A stretch of 64,000 nt of DNA from a virus, in the IMG/VR virus record IMGVR_UViG_3300025266_000004, positions 1-64,000 of that record. The stretch is one strand, 5' to 3'. How positions within the stretch are numbered: position 1 is the first letter of the stretch; every line of letters begins with the position of its first letter. The notes below the pieces were generated by a model. The model did no database searches. It saw only the letters and a list, made by a program, of their open reading frames with translations, and had not been told where the DNA came from. Below, piece after piece: positions 39,551 to 47,449 of this stretch. The position numbers and the translations under genes were made by a program.

Positions 39551-39888
39551 AATGACAATACACAACAAACACTTATTCGCTTGTTAGTGTATTATACAGT
39601 TTAGGTCTATTAAATCCCTTATAAATTAATTCTTATTGTAACTATTTTCATGGTGCACAAAGTTATTATTAGAACGCAGAATATTACCACTTGTAGCTCT
39701 GTTAAACAGTCACTACTACCTTTACTTAATAAATGTCTAAGTAATTATTAGAGTACTTTAGTCTCTCTATTTATGTGCTTATATAATTGACCATTCTGAT
39801 ATGTAGTGTAATCTAGTTACAGTAATTGTTAATTTATAATTTGATAATCCCTCTATTTAGGAGGTTTAATCTGTTGCGTATTGTCATT
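39551..39888 (-). ncRNA. Candidate large structured ncRNA (about 340 nt)
   Basis: 17-bp terminal stem (one G-U on the minus strand) and several nested helices; no ORF in the track. Confidence 0.55.
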
Positions 39889-39920
39889 AAATGTATTATT
39901 GTGTACTTATTAATTGTAGT

Positions 39921-40030
39921 ACTTATTACAGCAGTGTAAATAGTACTATAAGTAGCATTGTGTAATTATTAAACTATTACGAAGCCTTTTGTGTAATATG
40001 TCGTAAAAACCACTAAACTATGTGATAAAA
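39921..40030. repeat. Intergenic repeat, copy C (diverged)
   Basis: ACTTATTACAGCAGTGTAAATAGTACTATAA...CATTG matches the start of copies A and B. Confidence 0.65.
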
Positions 40031-40117
40031 TATGACTAAAATGGTGAAATAATCGTGATTTGAGTATTAGGAACGTATGAAAAGGTGTATATTTATAATA
40101 GAGTGGTATAATAGGAG

Positions 40118-40182
40118 CTAGAGGGTTTGGTTTCTAAGCGACCAGCGGGAGCTGGTGTCCGTCGGTATACCATCCCCTCTAG
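40118..40182. other. GC-rich interrupted hairpin
   Basis: CTAGAGGG/CCCTCTAG, TGGT/ACCA and ACCAGC-GGGA-GCTGGT. Confidence 0.6.
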
Positions 40183-40213
40183 TATCCCAAGCATCTAATT
40201 ATTCACCCAAATT

Positions 40214-40960
40214 TCAATCTGCAAATTCAACTCTCCCAAAATTAACTGTATAATCAACACCACCTACTCTATAATGGTACTCACCTTTTACATTATCAAC
40301 AGCAGTTACTTTAGCTACTCTTTCTGCATCTTCTTTCCAGTATATCCAATGATCCACTAAATCGTGCTTTCTATCAACATTTTCACACTTATCTCCACCT
40401 TTATCTTCGTCTACTAATTTAGTAAATCTAGAATGTGTATTACGAAGCATCTTTCCCTTATAATAATGATATATATGTTCACCATATTCAATGTGTTCAG
40501 TAGTTCCAACTCCGTGAATAGTAAATGTACCTTCGTTAAGTAGTGTAAACCCTCTACCTACTAAACTATGTGTTCTACTAATCACTCCAGGTGTTAATTC
40601 GTCTTTATTAACAGGTACATAAACATCATCCTCACTATGTATCCCAAGAGTATCAGCTTGTCCTTTTAAACCTTCAGCGTATTCAGCATTACTAACTTCA
40701 ATTGCTTTACCCATCTTTTGATATGTAGTTTCACATAAATCTAAGTCAGGTGATTTCAGTACTGTAATATCAAACAAAGCTATAAGTATTATATGTGCAA
40801 AATCATCTATAATCAATATAAGTTTAAAATCATTACTTTTAGATTGATGGACAGCATCTAAAACACCTTTAAAAGTCATCCCACTGTTCTTTTCTTCAAT
40901 TTCCACTGTAGAACCTACTAAACTATTTAGTTTCTCTACTATTATATCTCTTGTATTCAT
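40214..40960 (-). CDS. Hypothetical early protein
   Basis: 248-aa ORF. Confidence 0.7.
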   Translation of the reverse strand: MNTRDIIVEKLNSLVGSTVEIEEKNSGMTFKGVLDAVHQSKSNDFKLILIIDDFAHIILIALFDITVLKSPDLDLCETTYQKMGKAIEVSNAEYAEGLKGQADTLGIHSEDDVYVPVNKDELTPGVISRTHSLVGRGFTLLNEGTFTIHGVGTTEHIEYGEHIYHYYKGKMLRNTHSRFTKLVDEDKGGDKCENVDRKHDLVDHWIYWKEDAERVAKVTAVDNVKGEYHYRVGGVDYTVNFGRVEFAD

Positions 40961-40970
40961 ATCTCTTTAT

Positions 40971-41096
40971 TTATTTGTTTTTAAAATCATAACAAGCAAG
41001 TATTACACCACTATAATGTACACTAAAACCAACTACTACATTACTACTTGTTATAAATACTAATTCACCATTCTCATTAATCTTATAACTACTCAT
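40971..41096 (-). CDS. Small hypothetical protein (41 aa, not in ORF track)
   Basis: MSSYKINENGELVFIT..., with leader AAATAAAGAT-ATG. Confidence 0.45.
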   Translation of the reverse strand: MSSYKINENGELVFITSSNVVVGFSVHYSGVILACYDFKNK

Positions 41097-41143
41097 ATCT
41101 TTATTTGTTGAAATCTAAGCCACAGTATACCAGTAAATACTAG

Positions 41144-41293
41144 TTAACCTACTAGCATTACTTGACTATACATCTCTGTTAGCCCTGTTATTTCTGTCTT
41201 TACGAATTTAGGTGTGTCAACTCTTAACATACCATTAGTATCAACAACGAGATTACCCATTGTTAATACTTCAGTTTCTTTCTTCTTTCTCAT
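41144..41293 (-). CDS. Small hypothetical protein (49 aa, not in ORF track)
   Basis: MRKKKETEVLTMGNL..., with a TAATG overlap onto the upstream gene. Confidence 0.55.
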   Translation of the reverse strand: MRKKKETEVLTMGNLVVDTNGMLRVDTPKFVKTEITGLTEMYSQVMLVG

Positions 41294-41589
41294 TAGTTAC
41301 AAGCTATCATTTCATTTATGGTAAACTTGTTATTGTACCATTTCTCAATGTGGAACACACCCTTACGAATATATCCTCTAACCTCAACTAAATGAGGTAT
41401 TGCTTTGATATCACCTCTGTTGAACACAGCAGGTATGAAATCACTATTATTTTCAATATTATTAACGTCACTATTATTGACATCAACAATACCATCAGTA
41501 TATACTACTCTAATCCTAGGTAATACTCTATTTATTTTCTTTGGTTCTTTATTATTTGACATAATGTGGTAAATTAGTTGGTTAAACAA
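41293..41589 (-). CDS. Hypothetical early protein (true start probably MSNNK)
   Basis: ORF in early-gene context. Confidence 0.55.
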   Translation of the reverse strand: MFNQLIYHIMSNNKEPKKINRVLPRIRVVYTDGIVDVNNSDVNNIENNSDFIPAVFNRGDIKAIPHLVEVRGYIRKGVFHIEKWYNNKFTINEMIACN

Positions 41590-41665
41590 AAGCTATAAGT
41601 ATAGTTACAGTGCTCATAGCACCTGCAAGTATCCCAAGCATAAAATGTATCTTAGATTCATTCAT
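41582..41665 (-). CDS. 27-aa membrane peptide (not in ORF track)
   Basis: MNESKIHFMLGILAGAMSTVTILIAFV. Confidence 0.4.
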   Translation of the reverse strand: MNESKIHFMLGILAGAMSTVTILIAFV

Positions 41666-41929
41666 AATAAGCAGTATTTAGGTATTAAAACAATAACTAC
41701 ACTATAGTATTACCTATAGCATAGTTATTATAAACACTTACAAGGTTCTCATCCTTGAATTACTCAGGTGATTAATAAAGTTCGTCAGCCTCTCTTGGTT
41801 AGTTGGTAGAATATAACTTGTTGTACATTTCTTTACCTATGTACACATTATATTCTACTGATTGTTTAACTTTATTAATTTGCACCTCAACCCTCTATGA
41901 TTGGGTAAATGTTTATTATTTAAATGATA

Positions 41930-42358
41930 TTAGAAAGGCATATCATCATCACCTTTATCAGCAGATGCTACAGGAGCACTTGGTTGAGCTATTGCTTGAC
42001 GCATTGCTACATCAATCAATTGATTAGTAGCTCTAGTACTCAATGCAATAGATTCATTAGTATTCTTTGGAAAGTCTTTTCCGTATACTCCTTCTTCGCC
42101 GTCCTTCTTAATATAAGTATCCCCAGCTTTCACATTCTCTACATCCATTGACATAGTACTACCACCAGTCTGTACTAAAAGCTTTAATACGAAAGCATTT
42201 GGTGCACCACATCTAGTAGCTAGTCTAGCTAGTTGTCCACTAGATTGTTTGAATACACCAGTAGCACTTGGATTGTCTGCTGATTTGTTTGTTACAATTA
42301 CACCAGTACCGTCAGCGTTAATTTGAATTTCTTTGATTGTTAATGTTACATTTTTCAT
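41930..42358 (-). CDS. First early gene; protein with SSB-type C-terminal tail
   Basis: 142 aa, ending ...SADKGDDDMPF. Confidence 0.75.
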   Translation of the reverse strand: MKNVTLTIKEIQINADGTGVIVTNKSADNPSATGVFKQSSGQLARLATRCGAPNAFVLKLLVQTGGSTMSMDVENVKAGDTYIKKDGEEGVYGKDFPKNTNESIALSTRATNQLIDVAMRQAIAQPSAPVASADKGDDDMPF

Positions 42359-42594
42359 AAGTCTTAAAGTTTAAAAGTTAATAAGTTATTATATTATTCT
42401 ACTACCTATTCGTTATAAGTAGATTTTGAGGATTAAAAACACCATCGGGGTGATTCAATCCAAAATTTAGTGAGGGGGGATGAATGGAGGTGGTTCTCGC
42501 TTCGACATATATCCCCACTTTTATTTCTACAAATTTTTATTTTTTATATCCACTTTACCATCATCCAATACGTCGCCTAGTATATATGCCAGAG

Positions 42595-42766
42595 AGTCTC
42601 CTAATATCTTGTGTTTAATATCTTGTGTCATCTATGTCTAATATCTCCCGATTTATCATTTGTAGAGTCTCCGAATAGTCTCAATTTCACCATGTTGTAA
42701 AGTCTCCAAATAGTCGCTAAGTCGGCATGTCGAATAGTCTCCAGAATCTCACTTTATATAGTCTCC
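42595..42766 (+). repeat. AGTCTCC iteron-like direct repeats
   Basis: Exact copies start at 42595, 42666, 42701, 42736 and 42760, with further variants nearby. Confidence 0.75.
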
Positions 42767-43374
42767 AATCAGCAGTCTAAAAATCTCAATTATCACCACC
42801 TTGTACAGTCTTTACAATCTCCAGTTATATACCACTCTATACACTTGTAAAACCACCATTGTAGATTGTACTATATAGAGACACCGTGACACCATTTTTT
42901 CATTAACGGCTAGACACCAAGTAGAGCAGTCTAAATAGTTGTTCAATATTTAGAGTAGGATTTGGGATGGGATTTGGAGTGCTCTAAAAGATGATACTTT
43001 AGATACCAAAGATGAACCTATAATAAACACCATGTGGACTGCTATAAATTGTTATATAGTATATGGTGCATTGGTGACTCCACGAGTGGGTATAAAAAAT
43101 CCCATATACATTGGTGTAGTATATAGGTGTGGTGTTTTCTTGTTACCTTGAATAAGATATTTAAAGGTACAAGAAATTCCTGACATATCCTAATTTTGTC
43201 GTACATTATTTCAAATTAAATTTGGCGTATCAGCCTGTAATGTAGAAAATAGTGACGTGGTGGTTCTACTATTTGGAGGTATTTAAAAATAATGAAATAA
43301 AGACTATACATAATTAGGTTTTACGGTTTATTGTCTATATATTAGTGTATCTTTAGGCAGAAGAACTCACAGCA

Positions 43375-43809
43375 ATGAAATTAGATACTACAATACAGCA
43401 TATTTTAGACGTTATTAATCGTGAGGTTAATGATGAGATGGATATAGATTTAGACGATGACACTGTCTTAGATATTATTAATAGTCAATTCAGTGGTATT
43501 GCTGGATATACAAAAGACAAGAAAGTCGTTAAGCTAGACTACTTCGGTAAATTTAAGATTGCTGATGGTCGGGAAGATTACGTAACAAAAGGTAGATTAA
43601 AGAACATTATGGTATATTTAGGAAACATTGAAATACTACCTGATTATAGGTATGTTATTGAAGACAGAGAAGAGGTTGATTATCATTCTATAGTTAAGTT
43701 TGTAGATAGTCAGCTTAAGAGTAAGATTGGTATTGCTACTATAGTTGATAAAATTAAGGTTGTAATAGATGGTGTTAATACACCTTTAAAACACTTAACA
43801 AATGATTAA
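43375..43809 (+). CDS. IHF/HU-like DNA-binding protein
   Basis: IINSQF...VKLDYFGKF is an HU/IHF-like signature; it is the first gene of the late block. Confidence 0.6.
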   Translation: MKLDTTIQHILDVINREVNDEMDIDLDDDTVLDIINSQFSGIAGYTKDKKVVKLDYFGKFKIADGREDYVTKGRLKNIMVYLGNIEILPDYRYVIEDREEVDYHSIVKFVDSQLKSKIGIATIVDKIKVVIDGVNTPLKHLTND

Positions 43810-44485
43810 GATATTTAATGTCTCACGGACTAATGAACTAACTATTGATTTAGCTGTTGTTAAATCTATTCCTGAGTTCAAGAAGATAGTAACTAGAGAT
43901 AAGGGAAGTTCGGGTGATTCTGATGGTAGAAAGAAGTATAGAGCAGACAAAGAAATGATCTATGTATACTACTTAGCTGATTTAAGGAGTCCTCCTAGAC
44001 TTGATGGTAAGAGTGAGAGAGATATACATGATTACGCTGTTACTTCTGCTGGTTTAGAAGAAAGCTATCAGGTGGATGAGGTAATTGAGATTGCTATAGC
44101 AAAGTATAAAGAGATACAGTTGGACACACCTGAACTTAGACTTTTAAATTCACTTTTAAGGGGTCTTGTTATGTCTAGTAAAGTTGTAGACGTTATTACT
44201 GATAAGATAGAGACTGATTTAGATTTTTACGCTAATGGTGGCTTGGCTACAACAGCTGAGACTTTAGCAGACTTAGAGAGTGACAGTGTAGAACTTAAAC
44301 CTGATGCTAGTGCAATGCTTTCTAACTTGATTGGAAATATGAATGAAATCAGTAAGATGGGTAGTTCTGTAAACAAGGCTATCACAACTGTTAAAGATGT
44401 ATACGAGAAAGTTAAGCAACAAATGAGTGAAGACGATGCTATAAGAGGTGGTGGAACAATCAACCCAAGAGAAATGCCAAATTAA
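43802..44485 (+). CDS. Helical protein of the late block (possible terminase small subunit)
   Basis: 227 aa ending IRGGGTINPRE; located upstream of TerL. Confidence 0.5.
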   Translation: MIKIFNVSRTNELTIDLAVVKSIPEFKKIVTRDKGSSGDSDGRKKYRADKEMIYVYYLADLRSPPRLDGKSERDIHDYAVTSAGLEESYQVDEVIEIAIAKYKEIQLDTPELRLLNSLLRGLVMSSKVVDVITDKIETDLDFYANGGLATTAETLADLESDSVELKPDASAMLSNLIGNMNEISKMGSSVNKAITTVKDVYEKVKQQMSEDDAIRGGGTINPREMPN

Positions 44486-44503
44486 TATTAAATAAATAGA
44501 TAT

Positions 44504-45247
44504 ATGAATTATTATTTAGACACAGAATTTCACGAGTACAAAAAGAAGCCTTTTATAGGTAAAGCTATAGATACTATAGAACTTATTTCAATAGGTATTG
44601 TAGCAGAAGATGATAGAGAGTATTATGCTGTTAGTAACGAGTTTGATTTAAAAGCTACTTGGAGTAATGAATGGTTAAGAGATAACGTACTATTAAATAT
44701 TGTACACGACTTAGCTAGAAAAGATTACAAAGAGAAAGACGCTTATATGCACGATTTCGGTAGTTATACAAATTGGTTAAAGTATATAAAAAAAGGGAAT
44801 AACTGGGAAAAAACATGGTACAAGAGAAGTAAAGAACTTATTAATAAGTATGGTAAATCAAGAGAACAAATAGCTACTGAGATTAAAGAGTTTGTGACAA
44901 TGTCAAATGTACTAACCTTCGAACTTAGTCCTAATAGTATTAGTCCTGTTAATATGACACCTATTAATTTCTACGCATACTACGCTGACTATGATTGGGT
45001 AGTATTCTGTTGGTTATTTGGACGTATGATTGACCTACCAAAAGGATTCCCAATGTACTGTATAGATTTAAAGCAAGAGTTAGACAATAAGGCTATTGAT
45101 TTTGAAAAAGAGAGTTGGATTGGGAAAGGTAATGGAGTGGAATATCTTAAAGATAGAATAGAGTATCCTAAACAAGATAACGAACATAATGCTCTTGACG
45201 ATGCTAAATGGAATTTAAAACTACATAAGTTTATACAATCACTATGA
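44504..45247 (+). CDS. DEDDh 3'-5' exoribonuclease (Rv2179c/DUF5051-like)
   Basis: YLDTEF, LISIGIV, YADYDWV and HNALDDA motifs. Confidence 0.85.
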   Translation: MNYYLDTEFHEYKKKPFIGKAIDTIELISIGIVAEDDREYYAVSNEFDLKATWSNEWLRDNVLLNIVHDLARKDYKEKDAYMHDFGSYTNWLKYIKKGNNWEKTWYKRSKELINKYGKSREQIATEIKEFVTMSNVLTFELSPNSISPVNMTPINFYAYYADYDWVVFCWLFGRMIDLPKGFPMYCIDLKQELDNKAIDFEKESWIGKGNGVEYLKDRIEYPKQDNEHNALDDAKWNLKLHKFIQSL

Positions 45248-46266
45248 GTACTATAAATTACACTGAAAAACGTATTATACAATTCGACGAACCTTCTCAT
45301 ACTTATACAGATGAAAGGGGAAATGAATATACATCTGCTACTACACTTATAGGTAAGTATCAGAAACCTTTTGACAGAAGATACTATCTAATGTGGACAG
45401 CTTTAAAAAGAAACAACTACAAGTTAAAATATAGTGATACTAATGCTACACAGCATATTATTACGATTAGAACTACGGGTGGTTTTAAAGACTTCAAACT
45501 TAAGTATCTTTATGATAACGAAAAGAGGATTTTAAACATATCTACTGATGCAGTTGCGGCTGAGTGGGAACATACAACTGATATAGCTTGTGACAAAGGT
45601 AACGATAAGCATAATTTCTTAGAGGATGAAATAAATAAATTTAGTTCTACACAGAATATACAATTAGATGCTCTACGTAAAGCTCAATCAGATATTAATT
45701 TCACTGGTAATTCTCTTAATAGAAAAGCACTTGATAATAGTGCTATAAGAAATAAACACCCTGAGATTTACAGTCTTTTAGTTAAGTACTTAAATGAAGG
45801 TTGGACTATACACGCAGAGAAGAGAGTATATAGTGCTTATCTTCTTGTAGCAGGTATGATTGATGTTCTTTTAACTAAGGGCAATAAATTCAAGATACTT
45901 GATTGGAAAACTAATAAGAATGAGTTGCATTTTGAAGCAGGTTATTATAAGAAGGATTTGAATGGTGTTGTATCTAAAGAATGGGTTAGAAAGAATGACA
46001 CGTTCCTGTTCCCTATAAATAATGTAAGTTACTGTAAAGGTAAAGTGTACACATTACAATTAAGTCTGTACGCACATATATTAGAGCTATGGGGATTTGA
46101 ATGTGACGAACTAATACTCTGCCATATAAGAGATATACCGAATGGTAATAAGTTTGGAGTAGTGAATGAACAGACTGAATTTAAGGTGAAGTTCTATGAT
46201 ATAAAGTTCTTAAAGACAGATATACGTAAGATGCTTACACACTTTATAAAGACAGGTAGGAAGTAG
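45244..46266 (+). CDS. PD-(D/E)xK nuclease
   Basis: FDEPSHTY, AGMIDVL, ILDWKT and YTLQLSLY motifs. Confidence 0.85.
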   Translation: MSTINYTEKRIIQFDEPSHTYTDERGNEYTSATTLIGKYQKPFDRRYYLMWTALKRNNYKLKYSDTNATQHIITIRTTGGFKDFKLKYLYDNEKRILNISTDAVAAEWEHTTDIACDKGNDKHNFLEDEINKFSSTQNIQLDALRKAQSDINFTGNSLNRKALDNSAIRNKHPEIYSLLVKYLNEGWTIHAEKRVYSAYLLVAGMIDVLLTKGNKFKILDWKTNKNELHFEAGYYKKDLNGVVSKEWVRKNDTFLFPINNVSYCKGKVYTLQLSLYAHILELWGFECDELILCHIRDIPNGNKFGVVNEQTEFKVKFYDIKFLKTDIRKMLTHFIKTGRK

Positions 46267-46338
46267 TAATGTCAACACTTGTAGTTAATCATATTACAGG
46301 CTTAGACACAAATAGTAAATAACAAATAAATAAATAAG

Positions 46339-46815
46339 ATGAAAAATTACATTGGAACAAAACAACTATTAGCAAAGCCTATGACATTAGGTGAATATAA
46401 TAAGTACAGAGGATGGGATTTACCTACTGATGAAGACGGTAATAAAAAAGGTTATTTAGTAGAGTACGTAGATAGTACAGACGCTAATCACCCTGATCAT
46501 AAAGGATATATTTCTTGGAGTCCTGTAGAAGCTTTTGAAAAAGCATATAGAACTACTGACGGTTTGACATTTGGATTAGCTATAGAAGCTCTTAAACAAG
46601 GTAAGAAAGTAGCTAGAAAAGGATGGAATGGAAAAGGAATGTGGTTAAGATATATTAATCCTTACCATAATACACAATATTCAATAGCCGAATTATCAGA
46701 CATTGAAGGTACATTAATGCCATATATTGCAATGAAAACTGTAGATAACGGTCTAATACCTTGGTTAGCTAATCAAACGGATATTATAATTGAAGATTGG
46801 ATAATAGTTGAATAA
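46339..46815 (+). CDS. DUF2829 / Tad2-like anti-defence protein with an extra N-terminal domain
   Basis: TFGLAIEALKQGKKVARKGWNGKGM...PWLANQTDIIIEDW matches the DUF2829 pattern. Confidence 0.8.
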   Translation: MKNYIGTKQLLAKPMTLGEYNKYRGWDLPTDEDGNKKGYLVEYVDSTDANHPDHKGYISWSPVEAFEKAYRTTDGLTFGLAIEALKQGKKVARKGWNGKGMWLRYINPYHNTQYSIAELSDIEGTLMPYIAMKTVDNGLIPWLANQTDIIIEDWIIVE

Positions 46816-46818
46816 GAT

Positions 46819-47448
46819 ATGAGTAAATATATATATTTATTAGATGCAGGTCACGGTGGTATAGATGATAATAACGTCTATACCACTAGTGGTAAAAGGA
46901 GTCCTATTTGGAAAGATACAAATGAACAGTATTTCGAAGGAGAAGGTAATAGAATAATAAGAGACGAATTAGCTGTTGAACTAAGTCGTAAAGGTATTAA
47001 GTATCATTACGTTTCAGTAGGTAGTAAGGATGTCGGTTTAAAAGAACGTGTTGCTGTAATCAATGCTTATTGTGATGCTTACGGTAAAGACAATGTGATA
47101 CTTATTTCTATACATTCTAACGGTGCTTCAAACCCTCTTGGACAAGGATGGGAAGTATATACTAGTAGAGGACAAACTAAGAGTGATCCTATAGCTACTG
47201 TATTTTACAATGAAGCCTTACAAGAGTTTCCACGTAGAAAGTTTAGAAAAGATACTAAGGATGGTGATGTTGATAAAGAAGCTAATTTTTATATTATAGC
47301 AAAGAGTAAATGTCGTGCTATACTAACAGAGAATTTCTTTATGACAAATAAGTATGAATGTCAGAATATTTTACTAACTAAATCAGGTCTAAGTAAAATA
47401 GCAAACTTACACCTCAACGGAATATTACAAGTAGAAAAGAAATTATAA
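46819..47448 (+). CDS. N-acetylmuramoyl-L-alanine amidase (Amidase_3) endolysin
   Basis: LDAGHGG, SIHSN and ILTENFFM motifs. Confidence 0.92.
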   Translation: MSKYIYLLDAGHGGIDDNNVYTTSGKRSPIWKDTNEQYFEGEGNRIIRDELAVELSRKGIKYHYVSVGSKDVGLKERVAVINAYCDAYGKDNVILISIHSNGASNPLGQGWEVYTSRGQTKSDPIATVFYNEALQEFPRRKFRKDTKDGDVDKEANFYIIAKSKCRAILTENFFMTNKYECQNILLTKSGLSKIANLHLNGILQVEKKL

Positions 47449-47449
47449 A

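Noticed and set aside
39551-39888. Group I intron, tmRNA or RNase P RNA
   Set aside because: It does not interrupt a gene, lacks tRNA-like ends, and shows no RNase P or group I core motifs that I can recognise.
40989-41054. Stem-closed RNA element ATAACAAG/CTTGTTAT
   Set aside because: It is better explained by a 41-aa ORF (40971-41096), and a short AT-rich stem is likely by chance.
38626-42766. CRISPR array
   Set aside because: The repeats are degenerate, very short or irregularly spaced, with no constant repeat-spacer period and no cas genes.
40098-42840. 13-bp inverted match TATACCACTCTAT (40098-40110 versus 42828-42840) as the ends of an invertible segment
   Set aside because: It is a single short AT-rich match and no site-specific recombinase is visible in the window.
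45244-46266. Cas4 or another CRISPR-associated nuclease
   Set aside because: It is a generic phage PD-(D/E)xK nuclease with no clear four-cysteine Fe-S pattern and no CRISPR context.
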